Shown piece after piece: positions 1-9,004 of a stretch of 35,951 bases of DNA. The DNA comes from Anaerolineae bacterium (lineage in GTDB: Bacteria > Chloroflexota > Anaerolineae > SpSt-600). A program made the position numbers and the translations under genes. The stretch covers positions 1 to 35,951 of the forward strand of contig DAOUBN010000053.1 in assembly GCA_034432815.1 (NCBI GenBank), in the 5' to 3' direction. The notes below the pieces were generated by a model that saw only the letters and a program-made list of their open reading frames with translations, was not told where the DNA came from and did not search any database. The stretch's first letter is position 1. The number at the start of each line of letters is the position of its first letter.

Positions 1-404
1 TCGGCTACGATATGGTCGGAGAAGAAGGCGAGGAACCCCCCATCGTCCTCAACCTCACCGGCCACCACCTGGAGATGCTCATAGGAAGGAAAGGCGAGAT
101 CCTCTCCGCCATCCAGCTTCTGACCAGAACTATGGTCAGCAAGAAGCTGGGGCACAATGTGAACCTGATCGTGGATGTGGAGAACTACCGGGCAAGGAGG
201 TGGAAGTTCCTCACCCGCCTCGCCCTCCGCATGGCCGAGAAGGTTGAAAGGACCCGCAGGACCGTGGTCCTGGAGCCCATGCCCCCTTACGAAAGGCGGA
301 TAATCCACCTGGCCCTCAGGAACCACCCCACCGTCACCACCAGGAGCATAGGCGAAGGGGAAAAGCGCCGGGTCACCATTTTCCTGAAAGATCAGGCCCA
401 ATGA
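1..404 (+). CDS. jag: Jag/KhpB-like RNA-binding protein (KH + R3H domains), 5'-partial
   Basis: The frame is open to the window edge. KH-type GxxG motif (LIGRKGEILSAIQ) and R3H-like motif (ERRIIHLALRNHP..V). The stop overlaps the next gene's start (ATGA at 401-404). Confidence 0.75.
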   Translation, partial: GYDMVGEEGEEPPIVLNLTGHHLEMLIGRKGEILSAIQLLTRTMVSKKLGHNVNLIVDVENYRARRWKFLTRLALRMAEKVERTRRTVVLEPMPPYERRIIHLALRNHPTVTTRSIGEGEKRRVTIFLKDQAQ

Positions 405-1249
405 GGGAACCCCATATCCCCGATTTCCTGGTCATAGGCCATGCCACAAGGGACCTGCTCCCCGAAGGCTGGACCATCGGGGGAACCGTTTCGTATGCCT
501 CCATAACGGCCCGGAACCTGGGGAAAAGAGCGGCAGTGGTCACCTGCGCGGGCGACGATCTGCTTCTGGAAGAATTCCTGAGAGGGATTGCGGTCCTCAG
601 AGCCCACAACTCGGCCACCACCACATTCCAGAACATCTACTCGGGAAGTGCGAGGATCCAGTTCATCCGGGAGGTGGCTCCGAAGATAACCCCATCCCAT
701 ATCCCCTTGCCCTGGCGCAGGACCCCCATAGTGCTCATAGGTCCCGTGGCCATGGAAGTGGAGGAGGACCTGATAGGGCTTTTCCCCCAATCCCTGATAG
801 GCGTAACCCCCCAGGGCTGGATGCGCTCCTGGGACGACAGCGGCGCAGTCCGGTATCGGGTCTGGGAGGAGGCCCCGCGGATTCTGCCCCGGATCAGGGC
901 TCTCATCCTGAGCGAGGAGGATGTCCGGGGCGATCTTAAGATCGTTGAGGAATACGCCAGCCTTGTGGAAATCCTTGTGCTGACCCAGGCCGAGAGAGGA
1001 GCCACCCTCTACTGGAAGGGCGGGAAGGAGCACTTTCCAGCCCGACCTGCCAGGCTGGTGGACCCCACCGGGGCGGGGGATGTCTTTGCGGCGGCTTTCC
1101 TCATACGCCTGTATGAGACCGGAGACCCCAGGAGGGCCGTCAGTTTTGCCAATGTTGTGGCCTCTTTCTCGGTGGAAGCCCCCGGAACAGGCGGCATACC
1201 CGATCGCCGGACGGTTGAAGAGTGGATGGCGAGGAACGGATGGGAGTGA
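401..1249 (+). CDS. PfkB/ribokinase-family carbohydrate kinase
   Basis: 282-aa ORF with the C-terminal PfkB signature DPTGAGDVFAAAF. ATGA start/stop overlap with jag. Confidence 0.8.
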   Translation: MREPHIPDFLVIGHATRDLLPEGWTIGGTVSYASITARNLGKRAAVVTCAGDDLLLEEFLRGIAVLRAHNSATTTFQNIYSGSARIQFIREVAPKITPSHIPLPWRRTPIVLIGPVAMEVEEDLIGLFPQSLIGVTPQGWMRSWDDSGAVRYRVWEEAPRILPRIRALILSEEDVRGDLKIVEEYASLVEILVLTQAERGATLYWKGGKEHFPARPARLVDPTGAGDVFAAAFLIRLYETGDPRRAVSFANVVASFSVEAPGTGGIPDRRTVEEWMARNGWE

Positions 1250-2010
1250 TTTACGCCATCGCTAATCAGAAGGGAGGGGTCGGGAAAACCACCACGGCCG
1301 TAAACCTGGCAGCCTTCATGGCCGAGGCGGGGAAGAAGGTGCTTCTGGTGGATGTTGACCCCCAGGCCAATGCCACTTCAAGCCTGGGGATTGACAAGAA
1401 CTCCCTGCCCCTCTCCATCTACCATGTGCTCATAGGAGGCCTTCCCATAGCCGAAGTTATAACCCTCACCCGCTGGCTGAGGCTTGACCTCGTGCCATCC
1501 TCGGCCGATCTGGCGGGCGCTGAGGTGGAGATGGTGGGGATAAAAGGCCGGGAGCAGCTCCTCAAAAGGGCCCTCTCCCCGGTGGCAGATCGCTACGATT
1601 ACATCCTCATTGATACCCCGCCAAGCCTCGGTCTTCTCACCGTCAATGCCCTTGTCGCCTGCCACGGGGTCATAATCCCGGTGCAGTGCGAGTATCTGCC
1701 CCTTGAAGGCCTCGCCCAGCTCATGAAGACCCTCCGCCTCGTCAGGGCAAGCTTCAACCCCGAACTCCGCATTGCGGGCCTTGTCCTGACCATGTATGAT
1801 CCGCACACTACCCTGTCCAGGCAGGTAGTTCAGGATGTTCGCTCCCATTTCAAAGGCTATGTCTTCCGGACCATAATCCCGAGGAGCGTGAGGCTGAGCG
1901 AGGCTCCGAGCCATGGGGAGCCAATAAATGTCTACGCTCCCAGGTCCATCGGGGCTGTGGCCTATAAAGCTCTGGCCGAGGAGCTTATGGGGAGGACCCG
2001 TGAAGGTTAG
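1240..2010 (+). CDS. parA: ParA/Soj chromosome-partitioning ATPase
   Basis: Deviant Walker A motif AIANQKGGVGKTTTAVNLAA and a DPQANATS motif. I chose ATG 1240 (MGVIYAI...) rather than the track's upstream start at 1222. No parB follows. Confidence 0.9.
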   Translation: MGVIYAIANQKGGVGKTTTAVNLAAFMAEAGKKVLLVDVDPQANATSSLGIDKNSLPLSIYHVLIGGLPIAEVITLTRWLRLDLVPSSADLAGAEVEMVGIKGREQLLKRALSPVADRYDYILIDTPPSLGLLTVNALVACHGVIIPVQCEYLPLEGLAQLMKTLRLVRASFNPELRIAGLVLTMYDPHTTLSRQVVQDVRSHFKGYVFRTIIPRSVRLSEAPSHGEPINVYAPRSIGAVAYKALAEELMGRTREG

Positions 2011-2728
2011 AGTGGGATGCTGCGGCTTCCCCGCAGCCAGGGCCCGGTATTTTGAGACTTTCCGGCTGGTGGAGATCCAGAACACTTTCTACAAGCCTCC
2101 TCAGGTGGAAACGGCCAGGAAGTGGCGCCAGGAAGCCCCTCCCGACTTTGAATTCACCCTCAAAGCCTGGCAGCTCATAACCCACCCCCCAACAAGCCCC
2201 ACTTACCGCAAGGCCGGCATCAAGGTTGACAGGGAAAAGGCCTCTTCCTACGGGTTCTTCCGCCCAACGCCTGAGGTTTTCCAGGCCTGGGAAACGACCC
2301 TGGCCATAGCTGAGACTCTGGAGGCGAAAGTAGTGGTGTTCCAGTGCCCGGCGGCCTTCACCCCTTCTGAGGAGAACATCGCCAGCATGAGGACCTTTTT
2401 CCGGGAAATCCCCAGGAAGGGGCTCCTCTTCGCCTGGGAACCAAGGGGGGAGTGGGAGGATGCGGAGATAAGGAGGCTGTGCGAGGAGCTGGAGCTTATC
2501 CACTGTGTGGATCCTTTCCAGCGCATGCCAGTGACGGGTGGACTGGCCTATTTCCGGCTTCACGGCAAAACAGGCTACAACTATCGCTTTACAGAGGAAG
2601 ACCTGCTCTGGCTCAGGGAGCAGTGCGAGCCTTTCAGCGAGGTCTACTGCCTCTTCAACAACGTTTCCATGTGGGATTCGGCCCTGGCCTTCCTGGAGCT
2701 CCTCAGTGGTGGGTCTCGCGCCCCCTGA
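2000..2728 (+). CDS. DUF72 family protein
   Basis: [46 protein letters not shown] fits the DUF72 N-terminal pattern. GTG 2000 has GGAGG 5 nt upstream. The track's ATG 1928 would overlap parA by 83 nt. Confidence 0.7.
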   Translation: MKVRVGCCGFPAARARYFETFRLVEIQNTFYKPPQVETARKWRQEAPPDFEFTLKAWQLITHPPTSPTYRKAGIKVDREKASSYGFFRPTPEVFQAWETTLAIAETLEAKVVVFQCPAAFTPSEENIASMRTFFREIPRKGLLFAWEPRGEWEDAEIRRLCEELELIHCVDPFQRMPVTGGLAYFRLHGKTGYNYRFTEEDLLWLREQCEPFSEVYCLFNNVSMWDSALAFLELLSGGSRAP

Positions 2729-3191
2729 GGAGGTCAAGGCCGTGAGGCAGGGCCGGGAGGATGGCTTCAAGGTTTTCCCGGGCGGCTTTAGGGCTTCCGG
2801 GCAGATTGACGATGAGAGTCTTCCCCCTTATTCCGGCTATGGCCCGGCTCAGCATGGCGTGAGGGGTTTTCTGAAGGCTTGAAGCCCTCATGGCTTCGGC
2901 CAGGCCCGGGGCTTCCTTCTCAATGACTGCCCTGGTGGCTTCCGGGGTCACATCCCTTGGGGCAAATCCGGTGCCTCCGGTGGTCAGGATGAGCTCCAGG
3001 TCCAGCTCATCGGCCCACCTCCGGAGCACTTCTGCGATCATCTCTTTTTCATCGGGGACGATCTCCTCCGCCACCACTTCCGCCCCGAGCTTCTCCTCCA
3101 CCAGCCTGCGGATTTCCGGCCCGCTCAGGTCCTGATATTCCCCCCTTGAAGCCCTGTCGCTCACGGTGAGGATCCCGACTTTTATGCCCAT
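2703..3191 (-). CDS. mogA: Molybdopterin adenylyltransferase MogA/MoaB family
   Basis: [16 protein letters not shown]...[20 protein letters not shown]...[15 protein letters not shown] are classic MogA/MoaB motifs. Its 3' end overlaps the convergent DUF72 gene by 26 nt. Confidence 0.85.
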   Translation of the reverse strand: MGIKVGILTVSDRASRGEYQDLSGPEIRRLVEEKLGAEVVAEEIVPDEKEMIAEVLRRWADELDLELILTTGGTGFAPRDVTPEATRAVIEKEAPGLAEAMRASSLQKTPHAMLSRAIAGIRGKTLIVNLPGSPKAARENLEAILPALPHGLDLLRGRETHH

Positions 3192-3216
3192 AGCCTCCTC
3201 CAGTTGAAAGTATCAG

Positions 3217-3785
3217 GTGAGCACCCCTCCACCCCCGATTTTCCCCACCCTCATTTGCTGAGGGTTCGCCAGGGTTCATGGTCCCACCCGTGGGCGGGTT
3301 GCATGGGTGCACCCCTTTGGAGAAGAGAAAAGTGGCGGGGGGACACCCCCCGCAGCCCCCTGGCATGGGGGCTTCGCCCCCCTGCACCCCCCTTTCTGGG
3401 GGGACACCCCCATGCCCCCCGGGAGGGGGCTCTGCCCTCTCCCCCCCATGAATGGGAAAAACAGGAGGTGCAGGGGGACAAAGTCCCCCTGACGGGGGGA
3501 AGTGGGGGGTGTCCCCCCACGAAAACAAAATTGGGGGCGAGCTGCCACCTCCTGAAACCCGCCCACGAGGGGGCCCCTTAAGCCAGGCTGAACCGGAGCA
3601 AACGGGGGTGGGGGATTTATTTCTTCGGGGGCACATCCCCCAAACCCCCTGGCATGGGGGCTTCGCCCCCTGCACCCTCCCGATTTTTGGGGGACACCCC
3701 CCAGGCCCCCGGGAGAGGGCTTCACCCCCTCCACTCCCATTTTGGGGAGCACCCCCACGGCCCCACGGCGTGGGGGTTTCGCTCC
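3217..3785. repeat. Mosaic A/B interspersed-repeat cluster 1
   Basis: A1 module 3243-3315, two B modules (e.g. 3336-3392), a reverse B (~3468-3519), A2 module 3533-3615 and about three more B modules. The same modules recur at five other loci. Boundaries +/-15 bp. Confidence 0.85.
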
Positions 3786-3788
3786 AGG

Positions 3789-4721
3789 TCAGGGTTCCAG
3801 CCAGGCGAATTCAAACAGCCTGGGGGCTTTAAACTCCCTTACAAACCCTTTTATCCTCTCCTCCGCCAGCTTCACATACTCTTCTTCTATCTCATACCCA
3901 ATATAATGCCTCCGCGTTTTTATGGCGGCTATGGCGGTTTGCCCACTCCCCATGAACGGGTCCAGAACCACCTCGCCTTCGTAAGTGTAAAGCTGTATGA
4001 GCCTGTAAGGCAGCTCCACGGGGAAAGGAGCCGGATGCCCGATTTCCTTTGCCGATACAGCCGGGAAAGTCCAGACGCTCCGGGTGAACTCCAGGAACTC
4101 CTCCTTTGAGATGGTGCTTCTCCTCCCGGCGGGGTTTTTCCTGGAGAACGTGCCCTTGGAGAAAACCAGGATATATTCGTGAACATCCCTCAGGGTTGGA
4201 TTCGTGGCTGAGCACCAGCTCCCCCAGGCGGTGGAGGGGCTCGCAGAGGAACCTTTGTTCCAGATTATTTCCCCCCGCATCAAAAAGCCCAGCTCCAGCA
4301 TATCCCTTATGATGAAGGCGTGGAGGGGTATGTAAGGCTTCCGGCCCAGGTTAGCGATGTTTATGCAGGCTCTGCCTCCCGGCACAAGAACCCTGTAGAC
4401 CTCTTTCCACACCCGCTTCAGAAACGCCAGGTATTCCTCCAGGGTGAGGTCCCGATCGTATTCCTTGCCCACATTGTAAGGAGGCGAGGTCACCATGAGG
4501 TGGACGCTGTTATCGGGCAGTTCCTCCATTTTTTCGGAGGATTTGCAGAAGATTTTGTCCAGAAATTCAGGGGGAATCGGGTTTTCCACCCACTTCAACT
4601 TTTGCTCCTTAGGCAGGCCTTCATAGAGTTTGCTTGTATAGAAAGGGGTGGAGTCGTGGTTTATCCTGCCAGGTGAGCCAAAAGAGCTTGTCCTGGTCCC
4701 TCTCCTCCTCACCTTGCCCAT
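3789..4721 (-). CDS. Beta-class N4-cytosine/N6-adenine DNA methyltransferase (SPPY type)
   Basis: Motif IV (TSPPYNVGKEYD) lies upstream of motif I (DPFMGSGQTAIAA), which is the beta-class order. The SPPY variant is typical of m4C enzymes. G+C is visibly lower than in flanking genes. Confidence 0.85.
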   Translation of the reverse strand: MGKVRRRGTRTSSFGSPGRINHDSTPFYTSKLYEGLPKEQKLKWVENPIPPEFLDKIFCKSSEKMEELPDNSVHLMVTSPPYNVGKEYDRDLTLEEYLAFLKRVWKEVYRVLVPGGRACINIANLGRKPYIPLHAFIIRDMLELGFLMRGEIIWNKGSSASPSTAWGSWCSATNPTLRDVHEYILVFSKGTFSRKNPAGRRSTISKEEFLEFTRSVWTFPAVSAKEIGHPAPFPVELPYRLIQLYTYEGEVVLDPFMGSGQTAIAAIKTRRHYIGYEIEEEYVKLAEERIKGFVREFKAPRLFEFAWLEP

Positions 4722-4725
4722 TTAA

Positions 4726-5358
4726 TTACTCCTCCTTCCAGCAATCTACCCATCTCTTGTAAGGGTTGTAAGCCATCTTCGTTTTGCGCCATTCTATAGT
4801 GATGCACTTTGTGCGCTTATCCGCAATTAAAGCGGAGATGGCCTCCTTGGAAATCTCCACGCCGCGCGGGTTAGTTCCAGGCTTTGGCAGCTTTATGTAT
4901 ACCTCCTTTCCGAGCTTTTCAAACACTTCTTGCTGAACTTCAACGGGGATGTAATAAAAACCACCCCTGCCTCCCCAGTTAATGTGAACCAGCAAAAAAT
5001 CGCATTTAGGGCAGTATTCCTCTTTAAATTTGCGCGCTTTTTGAGGGTCAACTGTCCAGACAAGCTTAACCCCGCCGATGCTTTTACCGGTTACGGTCTT
5101 AATGGAGATTGGCTTACCAAATAATTTTACATCTACTTCTGGCTCTGTGGGCGGAATTTCAGTTTGCACATTATCCTCACCGAATTTATAAATGAGCAAG
5201 GCTACCAAAATTTTCTCCCGGAGGGAGCCAGCTTCCATTCCCACTTTGCCGGCTCTTGAGCTTTCCATCTCTGCAAGCTGGAACAGATACGGCAATTTGC
5301 GTTCAATTTTCTCCACAGTTTGCGCATCATCAAATATCTCTTCCAATCTGCTCGCCAT
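4726..5358 (-). CDS. Putative type II restriction endonuclease, partner of the methyltransferase
   Basis: 210-aa ORF 4 nt upstream of the MTase on the same strand, in AT-rich sequence. Possible PD-(D/E)XK element (PTEPEVDVKLFG). I do not recognise a family. Start set at MASRLEEIF; the track's extension to 5490 overlaps the upstream gene. Confidence 0.45.
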   Translation of the reverse strand: MASRLEEIFDDAQTVEKIERKLPYLFQLAEMESSRAGKVGMEAGSLREKILVALLIYKFGEDNVQTEIPPTEPEVDVKLFGKPISIKTVTGKSIGGVKLVWTVDPQKARKFKEEYCPKCDFLLVHINWGGRGGFYYIPVEVQQEVFEKLGKEVYIKLPKPGTNPRGVEISKEAISALIADKRTKCITIEWRKTKMAYNPYKRWVDCWKEE

Positions 5359-5419
5359 TTTCTTTCTGCTCTGGAACGATTTGTAGATGGGGCGACCCCT
5401 GAGGGCCGCCCCATTGCTT

Positions 5420-8400
5420 TTATGTTCTCCGCATGAAGCGGGGGAGGATGGTGGCCCATTCGGGCAGGGGGACGCTGTCCCCGGGGCCAAGTTTGTCCAC
5501 AGGCTTCACCTCCCGCTGGCGGGCACGGCCCGCAAATATCCCTATCTGACTGCCTTCCCGGGCGTGGCGCCTGTCCACAAGAGCCATGCCGGTGAGGAAG
5601 CCTTCCGTGTCAATGGCGCAGGAGGTCACCACCCCGATGTAGTCCCCCCGCTGGTTGACTACAGGATCACCGGGCTCAGGCCTGGGAACGCCCTTGCGGT
5701 TCATCCGGAAGCGGATTATCTCCCGGGTCCGCCTGGCTTCTTTCTCTATGATGGCCTTCCGCCCGATGAAGTAGGGCTTGTGGAATTTGACGTAAGGGGC
5801 GAAACCCGCCTCTATCGGGTCTATGTTGAAGGGGCCTGCCAGTTCGTGGCCGTAAAGCGGCAGACCCGCTTCCGTCCGGGTTGAATCCCTGGCCCCGAGG
5901 CCCGCCGGCTTTATGCCGAAAGGCTTCCCCTTCTCCAGGAGCAGGTTCCACAGGCGAGGGGCATCGTCGGGGTGGACGAAGATCTCGTAGCCCCACTCCT
6001 CGCCGGTGTAACCCGTGCGGGCCACGATCACGTCCATCCCGTCCAGGGTCATTTCGGCCAGCTCTGTGCGGCGCATCCTCTTCAGGATCTCCCTGCCATC
6101 ACGATCGGCCAGGGACATGAGAATGTGGATTGAGGCCGGCCCCTGAAGGGCCATGTCCACCCTCATGTCTTTGCCGGAAGAGGGATCCTTGAGGTTCCGG
6201 AGGATGGCCTGCCCGTCCACTTCCTTAGCCGGGTTCTCCCTGTCCACGATAACCCGGCGGGAGTTAACGGCGTTCAGCCAGGCCCAGTCCTTCTCCTCAT
6301 TGGCGGCATTGACCACCATTATGTAGCGATCGCGGCGGATCCGGTAAATCATAACGTCGTCTATGACGTTGCCGTCAGGGTCAAGCAGGTAGGAGTAGAG
6401 GGACTGGCCGTCCTCAAGCCAGCGGACGTAGTTGGTGGTGACGAAGTCAAGGAAGCGGGTGGCATGTTCCCCGGAGATTTCAAATACTCCCATGTGGGCC
6501 ACGTCAAACAGGCCCGCGGCTTCCCGCACTGCCCTGTGCTCCTCAAGCACGCCTGTATACCAGACAGGCATTTCCCATCCGGCGAAGGGGATGAGTTTGG
6601 CCCCAAGCTTGCGGTGTTCTTCGTAGAGGGGGGTGTGCTTGAGAGGGCCTGGCTTTTCCTCCCAGCGGAACTCTTCCTTCTGGACGGGAGGCCTCTCTGA
6701 GGCCAGGAATTTTTCCCCCACAAAGTAGGGCTTGGAGAGGGCGAAGAGGTCCCTGTGGTTGCTCCGGTAGAGGGTGAGGGCATCGGGCCTTTCCCCGTCG
6801 TAAGAGGGCCAGTCGGCTCCGGAGCGCCAGGATCTGTAGGCCTGAGGCGAGGATGGCTGGAAGCCGTTCTGGCGCAGGATCCCCCAGAGCCGGGCGATGT
6901 TGTCGGGATGGGATATAAGCATCAGGAGTTCGCATCCGTTGCCGTAGTCCACCCTGGCGGCCAGCGTCTCCACTCCGTCCACCTGACCGGCCCAGAACCG
7001 GTTCAGGGGCATCTCGGGGAGCCAGGGCAAAAGGCCTTTGAGCCGGGAAACGGCTTCTTTCCCCGCCACTCCTATGGCCACTTTCCTCCAGGGTTCCTCC
7101 ATATCCTCCCACAGATCCTCCACGATGACAGGCCCTTCAACTTTGGCCAGGATGTCCTGGCGGTCAAAGATCGTGTAGCCATCGGACAGGGCCCGGAACC
7201 AGTCCTTAACCCTTTCGGTGTTTTCGGGGTTGGTGACAACCAGGTATTGCTGGCGGCCCCGGCTGTCGTCGGGAAGGCGGAGGATGGAGACATCGTCCAG
7301 GAGTTTGCCGTCGGCGTCCAGGAGGAAGGAGCGGGCTGCCATCCCCGGCCTGAGGTCGGCCAGGTTGGCGGTGTTGACCTGCTGGATGAAGGCTTCGGCC
7401 CTTGAGCCTCTGACCACAAGGAGGCCGAGGCTGGTCAGGTCAAAGAGGAAGGGCCCCTCGCCGGCGGGGATGGCTTTCTCCTCAAAGAGGGGCTTGCGGA
7501 CGGGCTCCTTTCCGGGCAGGAAGCAGTAGTGGGGGTAGCCGGTCCGGCAGGGGGGCGGGCAGATAGGGATGCGGTCAATCAGTTCGTCCACGCGGCAAGC
7601 AGCTTTCTTGAGGATCTCCAACTCTATCTTGCCCCTGGGCAATTCGTGGTCGCGGCCGTAATAGCGGAAGGGCTTGATGTTGACCAGGACTTCGGTCATG
7701 ATATCGGCTATCTCATCCATCTCTTCGGCGTCAAGGCCCCTCTGGGTCACCCACGGGGTCCCGAGGCGTATCCCGCTGGCCAGGGGGGTCATGGTGTCGC
7801 CGGGAATTGTGTTCTTGTTGACGATGATGCCGGCTATGTCCAGGAGTCTGGCGGCAATTTCCCCCTTCACCGGGTAGCCGGTATCGGTCCTGATTGACCT
7901 GAGGTCCAGGACCACCATGTGGGTATTGGTCCCGCCGTAGGCTACTTTTATCCCCCTCTTCTGGAAGGCCTCGGCGAGGGCTTTTGCGTTCTCCACGATT
8001 TTATACTGGATGCGCTTGAAGGTTTCGGTCTGGGCGATCTTGAAGGCCACGGCTATGGCGGCGAACTTGTTGACGTGGGGGCCTCCCTGGATTCCCGGGA
8101 AGACGGCGGCGTCAATGCGCTGGGCGAGCTCCTCGTCTGTGGTGATGATGACGGCTCCCCTGGGGCCGCATATGGTCTTGTGGGTGGTGAAGGTTATGAC
8201 GTCAGCGATGCCGATGGGGGAGGGGTGGGCGCCGGCCACCACAAGGCCTGCGGTGTGGGCGATATCGGCCATGAGGTAGGCTCCCACGGCATCGGCTATC
8301 TCCCGGAACTTCTCCCAGTCGGGTGCCCAGGAGTAGGAGGTGTAGCCAGCTATTATGAGGCGCGGCCTGTATTCCAGGGCCAGCTTCATAATCTGGTTGT

Positions 8401-8992
8401 AATTGAGGCGCTCGGTGGCGGGGTCAACTCCGTAGGAGACGACTTTGTAGCGGCGGCCGGAGATGTTGAACTCGCTTCCGTGGGTGAGGTGGCCCCCCTG
8501 GAAGAGGTCCATCCCCATTATGGTATCGCCGGGGTTGAGGAGAGCATCATATACGGCGATGTTGGCGGCGGCGCCGGAGAGGGGCTGGACGTTGACGAAG
8601 ATCCGCTCCGGGGGCACCCTTTCGTTGGCGAAGGCCTGGGCAATCCTGCGCTGGGCGAGGGTTTCCACAAAGTGGACGTATTCAACCCCTTTGTAGAACC
8701 GCCTGTCGCCGTAGCGCCGGTAGTGGCTGAGCTGGTGGGCGAAGTCCATCACAAGCTCCATCTCTTCCCTGGTCATCCTCAGGGGAGGGTAGCCTTCGGC
8801 GTAGATGTTGTTGAAGACGGAGCCCAGGGCTTTGAGGACGGGTTCGGGGGCTATGCTCTCGGAGGGTATCAGGATGATCTTGCGGGCCTGTTTTTCCTCC
8901 TCAAAGCGGATGAGGCGGTCTATCTCCGGGTCAATGGCCGAGAGTTCCCCTTCAAGGATCGCACGGTATTCCTGAGCGAGCTTCAGGTCCAT
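5420..8992 (-). CDS. Fusion protein: serine hydroxymethyltransferase + GcvT-like domain + aminomethyltransferase (GcvT)
   Basis: aa 1-~475 are SHMT-like (SESIAPEPVLKALGSVF.NIYAEGYP, GGHLTHGS, PLP-lysine motif TTHKTICGPRG). aa ~505-780 are a degenerate GcvT/YgfZ-like fold (LLVVRGSRAEAFIQ..LLDADGKLLDDV). aa ~785-1190 are a full GcvT (TPLYEEHRKLGAKLIPFAGWEMPVWY..EEHRAVREAAGLFDVAHMG..ARTGYTGEEWGYEIF..ARDSTRTEAGLPLYGHEL). RBS AAGGAGGGGG precedes the ATG. Confidence 0.85.
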   Translation of the reverse strand: MDLKLAQEYRAILEGELSAIDPEIDRLIRFEEEKQARKIILIPSESIAPEPVLKALGSVFNNIYAEGYPPLRMTREEMELVMDFAHQLSHYRRYGDRRFYKGVEYVHFVETLAQRRIAQAFANERVPPERIFVNVQPLSGAAANIAVYDALLNPGDTIMGMDLFQGGHLTHGSEFNISGRRYKVVSYGVDPATERLNYNQIMKLALEYRPRLIIAGYTSYSWAPDWEKFREIADAVGAYLMADIAHTAGLVVAGAHPSPIGIADVITFTTHKTICGPRGAVIITTDEELAQRIDAAVFPGIQGGPHVNKFAAIAVAFKIAQTETFKRIQYKIVENAKALAEAFQKRGIKVAYGGTNTHMVVLDLRSIRTDTGYPVKGEIAARLLDIAGIIVNKNTIPGDTMTPLASGIRLGTPWVTQRGLDAEEMDEIADIMTEVLVNIKPFRYYGRDHELPRGKIELEILKKAACRVDELIDRIPICPPPCRTGYPHYCFLPGKEPVRKPLFEEKAIPAGEGPFLFDLTSLGLLVVRGSRAEAFIQQVNTANLADLRPGMAARSFLLDADGKLLDDVSILRLPDDSRGRQQYLVVTNPENTERVKDWFRALSDGYTIFDRQDILAKVEGPVIVEDLWEDMEEPWRKVAIGVAGKEAVSRLKGLLPWLPEMPLNRFWAGQVDGVETLAARVDYGNGCELLMLISHPDNIARLWGILRQNGFQPSSPQAYRSWRSGADWPSYDGERPDALTLYRSNHRDLFALSKPYFVGEKFLASERPPVQKEEFRWEEKPGPLKHTPLYEEHRKLGAKLIPFAGWEMPVWYTGVLEEHRAVREAAGLFDVAHMGVFEISGEHATRFLDFVTTNYVRWLEDGQSLYSYLLDPDGNVIDDVMIYRIRRDRYIMVVNAANEEKDWAWLNAVNSRRVIVDRENPAKEVDGQAILRNLKDPSSGKDMRVDMALQGPASIHILMSLADRDGREILKRMRRTELAEMTLDGMDVIVARTGYTGEEWGYEIFVHPDDAPRLWNLLLEKGKPFGIKPAGLGARDSTRTEAGLPLYGHELAGPFNIDPIEAGFAPYVKFHKPYFIGRKAIIEKEARRTREIIRFRMNRKGVPRPEPGDPVVNQRGDYIGVVTSCAIDTEGFLTGMALVDRRHAREGSQIGIFAGRARQREVKPVDKLGPGDSVPLPEWATILPRFMRRT

Positions 8993-9004
8993 ATCCCCCT
9001 CCTT

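Noticed and set aside
3460-3525. G-quadruplex or i-motif potential of the G5-6 / C5-6 runs in B modules
   Set aside because: Each G run is immediately matched by an adjacent complementary C run, so simple hairpins are the more likely fold. Four tandem G runs on one strand without intervening C runs are rare here. I cannot evaluate this without computation.
3049-3832. Several 60-210-aa Pro/Gly-rich ORFs on both strands inside repeat cluster 1, and equivalents in clusters 2, 4 and 5 (e.g. 12673..13374, 25122..25754, 27723..28388)
   Set aside because: They are translations of the G5/C5 repeat modules. The same peptides (..GDTPQTPGRG.., ..PTSGTLNHGEPSANEGGE..) recur only because the DNA repeats. 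All six frames are open, and there is no RBS or start context.
5359-5490. N-terminal 44-aa extension of the restriction-endonuclease candidate
   Set aside because: It overlaps the 3' end of the SHMT-GcvT gene and is Pro/Ser/Gly-rich high-G+C sequence, unlike the AT-rich body. MASRLEEIF at 5358 is the plausible start.
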